This document shows positions 55,961-64,000 of a stretch of 64,000 nucleotides of DNA, in pieces. Position 1 is the first letter of the stretch. Each line of letters begins with the position of its first letter. Below the pieces are notes generated by a model. It saw nothing but the letters and a program-made list of their open reading frames with translations, was not told where the DNA came from and did no database searches. The stretch is taken from the NCBI GenBank assembly GCA_049970895.1, contig JBMFMB010000005.1:1-64000 (forward strand), in the 5' to 3' direction. A program made the translations under genes and the position numbers. The stretch is from Candidatus Bathyarchaeia archaeon. Lineage in GTDB: Archaea > Thermoproteota > Bathyarchaeia > Bathyarchaeales > Bathycorpusculaceae.

Positions 55961-57292
55961 ATGCGGAAAACAATCTTTAAGAAGCTTGAGGCTCAAGGGT
56001 TAATAGCAAATTACAACCGTTTGAGGAAAAATCTTCCGCCTAGGCTTCCAGACAGAGTTTATATTTGGGATGAAACCCTAAGGGAGGGGGTTGAAACCCC
56101 AACAGTCTTCTTAACTTATGTGGAGAAGGTTAAGCTGGCAAAACTTCTGGATGAGGCTGGAGTTTCCATAATAACTGTTGGTTTTCCAGCACTTTCAGAG
56201 GAGGAGAAAAGCACTGTTAGAAGGATAGCCAACGAAGGCTTTCAGCAAGCCAGCATAGCTGCCTCCGCACGCGTAAATAAGAGCGACGTAGACGCATGCC
56301 TGGACTGTGGCGTCAGGGAAGTCGTCATTTTTACGCCTTTTAACGGGCTCAACCTCCAGTACAGACTCAAAATGTCAAAGGAACAAGTTCTAAAGAATAC
56401 TGTGGAGTGCATAGAATACGCTAAAAGGCATGGTGTAACCGTTGACTTTGTTTTGGAGGACGCTTCAAGGACGCCTCTGCAGGATATTCTCCAAATTTTT
56501 GAGGCCGCGGTGAAGGCTGGTGCTGATAGGCTTGTAATCGCTGACACCGTTGGCTTTTTGAGGCCGTTATCTACACGTTATCTTGTCTCCCATGTTAGGG
56601 ATGGCCTCCAACAAGCTTTGGGGAAGGATGTTACGCTTTCCATTCATTGCCATAACGATTTTGGCTTAGCCACGGCAAACACTTTGGCAGCCGTTGAGGA
56701 GGGCGTAGCCTACGTGCACACATGCCTTGTAGGTTTTGGCGAAAGGGCTGGAGTAGCCCCCCTAGAGGAGGTTGTCGCCGCCCTAGAACTCTTGTACGAC
56801 ATTGATACAGGCGTTGACATGAAGAAGCTTTATAGACTTGCTCAACAAGCCGAAAAAAGCTTCGCCCTGCCAATTCAGTTCCATAAGCCAATAGTTGGTG
56901 AAAACGCCTTTTCCTACGAGGTTGATGAGCACGTGGAGGGGATGCTTGCCCACCCCCTGCTTTTTGAGCCTTTCCCGCCTGAAATGATTGAAAGGGAAAC
57001 ACAGTTCTATATTGGAAGAAGTGGTGGAAGACGCCTTGTGGAAAAGCGGTTGGAAATGGCTGGGATAAAGGCTATGCCATGGCAGATTGACGAGATAGTT
57101 AGGCGGATAAGGAGTTTGCAGGAAAGCCTAGACAAGGGTGGAACCCAGATGACCTTCTATCAGATTAAGAAGCTGATGAAGGAGCTTCGAAGAGGTTTAA
57201 CTGAGGAGGATTTCTGGCGGATAGTTGAGCAGGTTACGAGGCAAAAACCGAAAATCCCACAGCAGCCTTTGCTTGAGGCAAAAGAGCCCTAA
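55961..57292 (+). CDS. LeuA/homocitrate synthase (DRE-TIM) family protein, divergent
   Basis: DETLREG, ADTVG, HCHNDFGLATAN, GFGERAG, KPIVGENAF. Confidence 0.85.
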   Translation: MRKTIFKKLEAQGLIANYNRLRKNLPPRLPDRVYIWDETLREGVETPTVFLTYVEKVKLAKLLDEAGVSIITVGFPALSEEEKSTVRRIANEGFQQASIAASARVNKSDVDACLDCGVREVVIFTPFNGLNLQYRLKMSKEQVLKNTVECIEYAKRHGVTVDFVLEDASRTPLQDILQIFEAAVKAGADRLVIADTVGFLRPLSTRYLVSHVRDGLQQALGKDVTLSIHCHNDFGLATANTLAAVEEGVAYVHTCLVGFGERAGVAPLEEVVAALELLYDIDTGVDMKKLYRLAQQAEKSFALPIQFHKPIVGENAFSYEVDEHVEGMLAHPLLFEPFPPEMIERETQFYIGRSGGRRLVEKRLEMAGIKAMPWQIDEIVRRIRSLQESLDKGGTQMTFYQIKKLMKELRRGLTEEDFWRIVEQVTRQKPKIPQQPLLEAKEP

Positions 57293-58302
57293 TTTAGGGC
57301 TAACTCCTCAAAAATCTTCGCTATTTCCTCTTTGCTTAGGGGTCTTGGATAGTTGTAGATTGGACCGCTAGGCTTTTCGTTATAGTATGGGCGGTTGCAG
57401 CCTGGGCATCCAGAAGTCCTAAAAGGCTCGCCAGAACCAACAACTTGCTTCAGTGTTTGCCTATCCACGCCGAAATCGGTTATGCATTCATTTTCGTCGA
57501 AACTCATGGCTTGAGCCCTTACAATTCCATGAAAAATAAGGTGTCTAGCCACTTGTATTCGCCTATACTTTTGTATTGGTGGCTGCCTTAGGTTTTCTAG
57601 GGCTGTTCCATCGACTGGTGTGAAGGCGAAAAGTGCCGGCAAAACGCCCATATCAACGCACTTTTGAATCATTTCCACCATTTCCCTTTCAGATTCGCCT
57701 AAACCAACAATTAGGTGAGTTGTGACCATTCCCCTTCCAAAAACCTTTACGGCCTCTTCAAGGAGAGCGATCTGCCTTTCCATGTTGTATGGGCCTCTAG
57801 CCGAACCCCCCTTAACCTTGTCGAAGATTTCCGGGGTTGCCGCGTCTAATGGTATGCCTATCCTTTCGACTCCAGCCTCGGCTAAAAGCATTATGTTTTC
57901 TGGATTTATGGGCTGACATGAAACTGATATTGGGATGCTCACGCGTTTGGAAATTTCCTTTGCAAGTGCTTGGATGTGAGCGTGAACTCCTGGATAGTTT
58001 AGGGCTTGTATGCAGACACGCCTTATCCCACCCTCTCTCGCTGTCGCCTTTATGCTATCGAGCACTTGTTTTGTGGTGAAGGGTGGCCATGAAACCCTAG
58101 AGAGCATATCGGTTCTGCCGCGGCTTTCCCTTGCTTGGGGGCAGAATCCGCAGTTTGCGAAGCATTTTCCGCGCCTATAAGTCATGAGGTAGGCTGTTGT
58201 TGGTTTGGCATCCAGCCTTCCATTAATCAATTCTAAAACTATGGCTGAGCCTATGGAGACGCGGACCTTCTTCGGAATTTTTACATCTGCCAAGATTTCC
58301 AC
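57289..58302 (-). CDS. lipS2: Radical SAM protein, archaeal lipoyl synthase component LipS2
   Basis: CFANCGFC (CxxxCxxC), LSRVSWP, TSGCPGCNRP signature described for Thermococcus LipS2. Confidence 0.85.
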   Translation of the reverse strand: MEILADVKIPKKVRVSIGSAIVLELINGRLDAKPTTAYLMTYRRGKCFANCGFCPQARESRGRTDMLSRVSWPPFTTKQVLDSIKATAREGGIRRVCIQALNYPGVHAHIQALAKEISKRVSIPISVSCQPINPENIMLLAEAGVERIGIPLDAATPEIFDKVKGGSARGPYNMERQIALLEEAVKVFGRGMVTTHLIVGLGESEREMVEMIQKCVDMGVLPALFAFTPVDGTALENLRQPPIQKYRRIQVARHLIFHGIVRAQAMSFDENECITDFGVDRQTLKQVVGSGEPFRTSGCPGCNRPYYNEKPSGPIYNYPRPLSKEEIAKIFEELALN

Positions 58303-58369
58303 GCTTGCGCAAGGCTTGTGGTGCTTTCTGCTATTGATTCTGAATTCATAAGCATTATTATCTTTATCG

Positions 58370-58738
58370 TTGTCAAACCATGATTTGAGCGTGAAGAGTT
58401 TGCGAAGGTCTAAGCTTGAGAATTATGAGGCTATATTGGCAGCCTTGGCGAAAAGACCATTAACAGTTGATAGCATAGCCTACAAAACAAACATGGACTG
58501 CACTGTTTTGGGGCAGTATTTGGAATCCTTAATGAGGAACGGGCTTGTTGCTGAGAAAATAACCGCCAAAAAGAAGCTTTACGCCATAACTGAGAGGGGC
58601 TTATCTGTTTTTAGAACCCTAAGCTTCCAGAGGTATCTGGAGAAAATTGCAAAGGCAATTAAGACGGTTAACACAATGGAAACAGCGCCGACAACGACCA
58701 TCCAAAACAATGAAGGCGAAAAAGAAGCAAAGGGTTAA
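58370..58738 (+). CDS. Winged helix-turn-helix protein
   Basis: RRSKLE..EAIL...IAYKTN...YAITERG. Confidence 0.8.
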   Translation: MSNHDLSVKSLRRSKLENYEAILAALAKRPLTVDSIAYKTNMDCTVLGQYLESLMRNGLVAEKITAKKKLYAITERGLSVFRTLSFQRYLEKIAKAIKTVNTMETAPTTTIQNNEGEKEAKG

Positions 58739-58799
58739 GCTGATAGCCGCCTAGCGAAAGTTATTAAACCCTTAGGTTAGGCTTTATTAGTAGAGGAAA

Positions 58800-59801
58800 A
58801 TGGCACAATACACTCCGGAAACTATTTGGCAAATGAGCCGCGAAGAGCTTTCAAAACTTTTGGAAAGCAAAACTTTTCAACCACTGTCTGGAAGGTGCAT
58901 TCATTTTTACGCTCCGAGCTTCGCATATTATAAGACGGCTTATTTCTGCTCATCAGCCAAAGATTTTTCAACAATCTCCGTAACCGGAAAGAGTTGCACA
59001 TTAAACTGTAAACACTGTGGCGGGAAAGTTCTCGAAACCATGCGTCCAGTTAGAACGCCAGAGGAGCTTTACAAATTGTGTGCAAAGCTTAAGAGGGAGG
59101 GGGCTGTTGGCTGCCTAATTAGTGGTGGCTGCCTCCCAGATGGTTCGGTTCCACTGGAAAGGTTTACGGAAGCCATTAGGCGGGTTAAGGCTGATTTTGA
59201 TTTGACAGTTTTTGCGCATGTTGGAATTGTAAACCTCGAGAAGGCTTTAGGGCTTAGGGAGGCTGGCGTTGACGCTGCATTAATCGACATTATCGGAGAC
59301 AACGAGACAATTCGGGAAATTTACAATCTCAACGTGACAGTTAGGGACTATGAAAAGGCATTAGAGGCATTAAGCCAGTCTGATTTGCGTTTTGTCCCCC
59401 ATGTTATTGTCGGTCTTTATTATGGACGATTGAAAGGGGAGTTTCACGCCTTGCAAATGATTTCAAAGTACAAGCCATCAGCTCTAGTCATAATCGCCTT
59501 TATGCCCATATACGGCACAACAATGGAGCATGTAAAACCATCAGAGCCAATGGAAATAGCCAGAGTGCTAGCCACCGCAAGGGTTATGTTCCCCAAAACT
59601 CCAGTTGCGCTAGGCTGCATGAGACCAAAGGGCAAGCACAGAGCAGAAACAGACATTTTAGCCATAAAAGCTGGTGTTGACGCCATTGCTTTTCCATCCG
59701 AAGAAGCCATAAGATATGCCGAAAAAAACGGTTACAAGATAGGTTTTTCATCCTACTGTTGTTCACAGATATATGCTGACTTTTCTAGTTTAGCGCCATG
59801 A
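58800..59801 (+). CDS. lipS1: Radical SAM protein, archaeal lipoyl synthase component LipS1
   Basis: CTLNCKHC, LISGG, GCMR and C-terminal CC signatures described for LipS1. Confidence 0.85.
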   Translation: MAQYTPETIWQMSREELSKLLESKTFQPLSGRCIHFYAPSFAYYKTAYFCSSAKDFSTISVTGKSCTLNCKHCGGKVLETMRPVRTPEELYKLCAKLKREGAVGCLISGGCLPDGSVPLERFTEAIRRVKADFDLTVFAHVGIVNLEKALGLREAGVDAALIDIIGDNETIREIYNLNVTVRDYEKALEALSQSDLRFVPHVIVGLYYGRLKGEFHALQMISKYKPSALVIIAFMPIYGTTMEHVKPSEPMEIARVLATARVMFPKTPVALGCMRPKGKHRAETDILAIKAGVDAIAFPSEEAIRYAEKNGYKIGFSSYCCSQIYADFSSLAP

Positions 59802-59916
59802 GAAGCTGAGGACTTACATCCTTTGGCTTTTGTTGAAGGCGGCGGCAGCCTTTTCACTTCTGTGGAAAGAATTAAATGCGAGAAGGCTTCAAAATTTGTG
59901 GTTAAGGTTGATGTGT

Positions 59917-60120
59917 ATGCCAAAAGTTAAGGTTGACTGGAGCAAATGTAATGGCGACGGCGTCTGTGTTGAAATCTGCCCAGTAAACGTTTTTGAGCTA
60001 AAGAAGTTGCCAGAATACCATGACGCCCAGAAGTCTGTTCCCGTAAGGGAAAGCGACTGCATAGCCTGCATGGCATGTGTAACATCATGCCCAACACAAG
60101 CAATAACAGTTGAAGAGTAG
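59917..60120 (+). CDS. Ferredoxin (dicluster; first site CxxDxxC)
   Basis: CNGDGVCVEICP and CIACMACVTSCP. Confidence 0.92.
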   Translation: MPKVKVDWSKCNGDGVCVEICPVNVFELKKLPEYHDAQKSVPVRESDCIACMACVTSCPTQAITVEE

Positions 60121-60182
60121 AATAAACCAAAAGTTTGCAGAATATTTCTTCTTTAATGGTTAGGCTACGTGGTTGAATGTTT

Positions 60183-60620
60183 CTAGGATGAAGGCTCTGA
60201 GGCTATAACTAGCATGAGGATGCTCCAAGCCCTTGTTATTTTATGGCTTCGCCTATTCATGACAGACAAAACAAGTGTTACGAGGATCATGAATGGAACG
60301 GTTGTTAAAATCTCTTGTAATGTTACTGTGAAAGTCCTTATTAGTGCGACTATTCCGAGGACTATGGTTATGGTTATTATGTTGCCGCCTATAACTTTGC
60401 CTATGGATATTTCCTGCGAAGAGCTGAAAATTGCGCTACAAGTGAGCTGAAAAGCTCTGGGGCTGATGTCACTGAGGCGACAAAAACCGTTCCAACAACA
60501 ACTTTATGGAGATTTAGACTGGAGGCTAGGCTTGCGGCTGCAGCCACTATCTTTTCGAACCAATCTATAGCAGCAGACTATGAAGGGTTGCGAGCCCTAT
60601 GCCAAACATGAATTAGGCTT
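60183..60620 (-). pseudogene. Decayed Ca2+/Na+ antiporter (CaCA/YrbG family)
   Basis: VVGTVFVASVTSAPELFSS and IGKVIGGNI alpha-repeat motifs in different frames; much shorter than an intact protein. Confidence 0.65.
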
Positions 60621-60649
60621 GATTTACATCATGCATCAGCGTGAAAAAG

Positions 60650-61783
60650 CTAACTGCGTGTTGGCGGGACGAAAACCCTAAGCCTATTCAACGCGTTCAA
60701 CTTCTCTCTATCGCCGAGTTTTGCATCCTCAACAGCCCTTCTGAGGATTTGTATGGACTTGTCCATGGCTTTTCTGTCCACAGGATAGGGGACACCATCT
60801 TTTCCACCATAAGCGAAAGAATATTTCACTGGGTCTTTCCAGCTTGGCTTTTCTCCGTAAATTAGTTCGGCTATTAGGGCTAGTCCGCGAACTGTGGCTG
60901 CACCTACGCCCCTAAAGCCTAGAAGTTCCTCGTAGTTTCTTGGTTTGAACTCGTAGACTTGTTGTAGGGCTTTCCAGTTTATGTTGGCTGGCATGGATAG
61001 GACATCTATCGGGTAGTCTGCCCAGCCTGTTTGGGCTGTTTTCGGAAGCCACTCTTCCAGCGACTTCTGATAGGCTGGACGGATGGACATTATTAGTCGC
61101 ATAAGCTTTTTTGGCGGTTCGCACGCTAAGTCCACTGAGGCTTTTCTGCAGCCCTCGCTTTCTTTCGCCGTCATGTCTAGGGCTATTTCATGTTTTGCAT
61201 CACCCACAATAGCGTTGTGGGGTTCAACAACAAAGTTCTTGACGTTTTCAGAAAGCCAATGGTAGCGCCTTGCCGTTCGGTCTTGGGGGCACATCCCCTG
61301 CTGTATAACCGCCCACTTACCATTCTCATCGATGAAGAAGGCGTGATGGTAAAGCTGATAACCAGCCTGAATAGCCGTATTATCCACCTTAGCACTCATT
61401 TTGCTGGCGTACTGCAAGCTCTCTATTTTGCTGTCTGAGAAGCCGAACTTTTCGCCTACCACCCCAATCTCAAGAGGTGTCTGCCTCGAAATTTTCCCCT
61501 TTCCACCGCAGACTGCAATGCCATGCTCTTCTGGGATTACAGCATGCTTCAAAACTCCAGTAACCACTGTTGTAACGCCTGAAGAATGCCAATCATAGCC
61601 CAAAACACATCCCAAAGCTTGAAACCAGAAAGGGTCTGATAGGCGTTTAAGAAACTCACCAGCCCCATACTCATCAACAATAATGGATACTATTTCTCTG
61701 GCTAGTTTCCGCATTCTAACAACTAACCATTTCGGAGCCTTACCATAATGGAGCGGGAGCCTTGCAACACCGGTTCTCTGCAT
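60650..61783 (-). CDS. DUF763 domain-containing protein
   Basis: LPLHYGKAPKWL, LSDPFWFQ, DWHSSG, QQGM, ARRYHW, FAYGGKDGVPYPV. Confidence 0.88.
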   Translation of the reverse strand: MQRTGVARLPLHYGKAPKWLVVRMRKLAREIVSIIVDEYGAGEFLKRLSDPFWFQALGCVLGYDWHSSGVTTVVTGVLKHAVIPEEHGIAVCGGKGKISRQTPLEIGVVGEKFGFSDSKIESLQYASKMSAKVDNTAIQAGYQLYHHAFFIDENGKWAVIQQGMCPQDRTARRYHWLSENVKNFVVEPHNAIVGDAKHEIALDMTAKESEGCRKASVDLACEPPKKLMRLIMSIRPAYQKSLEEWLPKTAQTGWADYPIDVLSMPANINWKALQQVYEFKPRNYEELLGFRGVGAATVRGLALIAELIYGEKPSWKDPVKYSFAYGGKDGVPYPVDRKAMDKSIQILRRAVEDAKLGDREKLNALNRLRVFVPPTRS

Positions 61784-61838
61784 ACAGCCTCTAAACCAAT
61801 AAAATGCTATTATTCAGACCTATTTTTACCTTGCCAAC

Positions 61839-61945
61839 GTCAATTTTGTTTATAGCCGAAAACTGCAAAATTGTAGCCCCCTCTAGATTTTTAGCTGCGA
61901 GCTAAGTCAAATTTAAAAGCTGGAAAACTGTTAAATTGACTAGCC
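61839..61945 (-). repeat. Dispersed hairpin-rich non-coding element, short copy
   Basis: Reverse complement GGCTAGTCAATTTAACAGTTTTCCAGCTTTTAAATTTGAC...TAGAGGGGGCTACAATTTTGCAGTTTTCGGCTATAAACAAAATTGAC aligns with both ends of 36489-36697. Confidence 0.8.
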
Positions 61946-61948
61946 TCT

Positions 61949-63325
61949 CTAGTTTTTCCGTGGTTTGCCAAGTTTTTCAAGAATTTTTCCATAAGCTCTT
62001 AGGATTTTTAGGGCTTTAACACCTTTTTCTGGAAGATTATATACTGGTATGTTGCTTTCGCCAATAGCCTCATAAATAAGTTCGAAGTCTTCTCCTCCGG
62101 CTGTGACGTCCACAACTGGCTTGTTGGGGTATTTGGCGGCGACTTTTGGGATGATTTTGGCATCTTCTGGTTCAAAGAAGCATGACTTAAGCATGTTTAT
62201 GACTAAAACTCCTTCAACATTCTCGTCTGCCAAGACTAGATTTAGCACTTTCTCATATCTGTCTGCTCTTGCGTCGGCTATCATGTCGATGGGGTTTGTT
62301 GCATCCATCCCTGGATAAAGGCTTTCAATTTTCCTCTTTGTCTCATCTGATAACCTTGCGAGTTTTAGGTTGTTTCTTGCAACGGCGTCGGCTGCCAGTA
62401 TGGCTGGTCCGCCGACATTGCTTACTATGGCTATGTTGTCGCCGAACATGGGGGGCTGCTTTGAAAGGGCTATGGCTGCGTTCATAAGCTCTTCTGGGTC
62501 TTTAACCCTTATTATTCCGGCTTTTTTGAAGGCGGCATTGAAAATTTCGTCTGAGCCAGCCATTGATGCCGTGTGGGACTTGGCTCTTTGGGCTGATTCT
62601 TGGGTTATTCCGCCTTTTAAGGCTAGGATTGGCTTTTCGGCAATTATTTTTCTTGCTTCTTCTATGAATTTTCTGCCGTTTTTGATGCCTTCCATGTATA
62701 GGCATATGACCCTTGTCTCTTCGTCTTTGGCGAGATAATGCAGCAAGTCGATGTCGTCCACGTCTATTTTGTCTCCCATGAAGGCGAACTTGCTTATGCC
62801 AATTTTGTAGCGGCAAGCCCAGTCGAGGAGGCATGCGCCAACCCCGCCGCTTTGGGATATTATGGCTATGTTTCCCTTTCTTGGCATGAGATCCCTTTCA
62901 AAAGTTGTGTTGAGTCCATTAGCCGTGTTTATAACGCCCATAACAGTGTTTGGTCCAAGAATCCTTACGCCATGTTGGTCTTTCACCTTCAATAGTTGCT
63001 GGCGCTGTTCGTCCTTATACCCGCCCGTTATAATTATGAAGACCTTTACCCCTAAAGAGGCACACTTCTCAACATAGGTTATTGACTGTTTTGGTGGCAA
63101 CATTACAACAGCTAGTTCTGGAACTTCTAATAATTTTTCAAGGTTGTCTGAGCCGGCTTTCCCGTCAACGTCGTAGATGATGGTTTTTCCATTGAAGAAC
63201 TTCTGCACGTTGTAAATGACGTTTTCGAAAAGCCATGGTGATGTCAACCCCACTTTTTCCTTGATTCTGCTGGAGCCTAACAGTAAAACTGTTTTTGGCT
63301 CGAAGAGAGTCTTCACACTAGACAT
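61949..63325 (-). CDS. ADP-forming acyl-CoA synthetase alpha subunit (AcdA-like)
   Basis: LGPN, ISQSGG, LYMEG, SHT (phospho-His), NPID; CoA-binding N-terminus. Confidence 0.88.
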   Translation of the reverse strand: MSSVKTLFEPKTVLLLGSSRIKEKVGLTSPWLFENVIYNVQKFFNGKTIIYDVDGKAGSDNLEKLLEVPELAVVMLPPKQSITYVEKCASLGVKVFIIITGGYKDEQRQQLLKVKDQHGVRILGPNTVMGVINTANGLNTTFERDLMPRKGNIAIISQSGGVGACLLDWACRYKIGISKFAFMGDKIDVDDIDLLHYLAKDEETRVICLYMEGIKNGRKFIEEARKIIAEKPILALKGGITQESAQRAKSHTASMAGSDEIFNAAFKKAGIIRVKDPEELMNAAIALSKQPPMFGDNIAIVSNVGGPAILAADAVARNNLKLARLSDETKRKIESLYPGMDATNPIDMIADARADRYEKVLNLVLADENVEGVLVINMLKSCFFEPEDAKIIPKVAAKYPNKPVVDVTAGGEDFELIYEAIGESNIPVYNLPEKGVKALKILRAYGKILEKLGKPRKN

Positions 63326-63401
63326 CCATTTAACCTTCAGATTTAAAGGCTTGATGGAAAGATACAAATTGGGCGATCATGCACATAAGTTTAACTTTAG
63401 G

Positions 63402-64000
63402 CTAGGCGCGTTCTATCAGCTTGATGTAGGCAAATGCTGCGAAAAACGTGAAAACCGCTGAGAAAACCAAGACGCTGATAACCATTTCAAGTGTGAAGGG
63501 CGGTGTTCCCAAGAGGAAGGAGCGGATAAGGTCTGAGGCGTTGCTTAACGGGTTGACTCTTGCAAAATTTACAAGAAGCATTGGAAACTTGCCCTCTCTT
63601 CCAAGCTGCTCAATTAGGGAGAAAGGGTAAAAGACGCTGCTGCAGAAGAACAGCAAATAGTAGATTAGGCCTCTCGCTGTTACAAACTTGTCAATGCTTG
63701 TTGTGGAAACCGCTATGGCTATGCTTAAACCGGAAATTCCCATGGCAAGGAAAAACAGCACAATTAAAATTATGAGGAACTGCGTTGGTGTTGGGGGACC
63801 CACAAAGGCGAAGCATGTTGCCAACAAGGGGGACATGTAAACCATGCCCCGCAAGCCCCCAGAAAGAACCCGTCCAAAGGCAAGCTCAAACCTCGTCATT
63901 GGCAAGCTAAGCATGTACTGGTGGACCTCCCTCCGCCTTTCCATGTTCACCTCCCGCCCAATCATGAAGGCTGAGGCAAACAAGCCTGTGACTGTCAGCC
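63402..64000 (-). CDS. ABC-2 type transporter permease (5' end outside the window)
   Basis: LSLP..R.EL..G, SSVFYP, NPLS...DLIR hydrophobic pattern. Confidence 0.85.
   Translation of the reverse strand, partial: LTVTGLFASAFMIGREVNMERRREVHQYMLSLPMTRFELAFGRVLSGGLRGMVYMSPLLATCFAFVGPPTPTQFLIILIVLFFLAMGISGLSIAIAVSTTSIDKFVTARGLIYYLLFFCSSVFYPFSLIEQLGREGKFPMLLVNFARVNPLSNASDLIRSFLLGTPPFTLEMVISVLVFSAVFTFFAAFAYIKLIERA

Noticed and set aside
57289-59801. Biotin synthase annotation, or a novel radical SAM pair
   Set aside because: The GCMR/CC and TxGCPxCNRP motifs match the already described archaeal LipS1/LipS2.
60214-60450. 78-aa plus-strand ORF
   Set aside because: It is the antisense shadow of the decayed Ca2+/Na+ antiporter on the minus strand.
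61839-61940. Two ~35-nt related palindromic units separated by ~30 nt as a mini CRISPR array
   Set aside because: The units are too divergent from each other, the spacer is conserved between the two genomic copies, and there are no cas genes in the window.
1-64000. The many 60-180 aa antisense or overlapping ORFs in the track; rRNA, SRP/RNase P RNA, Sec/Pyl recoding and intact transposases
   Set aside because: The antisense ORFs lie within well-supported genes and lack motifs. No signature of the other elements was seen by eye.

Overview
Archaeal chromosomal segment, most likely Bathyarchaeia (TACK). This is inferred from TFB, Rpo12, aIF1, Dph5, RibK/RibL, pantoate kinase, LipS1/LipS2, BHB-intron tRNAs, frequent TTG/GTG starts and overall gene content. 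It holds about 60 mostly housekeeping or metabolic genes: tRNA modification, nucleotide-sugar synthesis, GuaA/GlnA, class II RNR, an oxidative-stress/iron/copper cluster, flavin and CoA biosynthesis, an IorAB/beta-oxidation/CoA-transferase cluster and archaeal lipoyl synthase. There are three tRNAs (two with introns), two small genes absent from the ORF track (rpo12, rubredoxin) and several pseudogene remnants. The most notable observations: (1) a DapA-family aldolase fused to a complete formaldehyde-activating enzyme (Fae) domain, lacking the DHDPS-specific Arg and divergent from an unassigned 427-aa protein; (2) a hairpin-rich non-coding element present twice (36.5 kb and 61.9 kb), each time starting just after a stop codon; (3) three different ferritin-like proteins in tandem, including an encapsulated-ferritin-like protein with no encapsulin in the window; (4) a nucleotide-sugar dehydrogenase lacking its catalytic residues; (5) a decayed integrase/matrixin island next to tRNA-Lys. 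All calls come from reading motifs by eye; no database searches were run.
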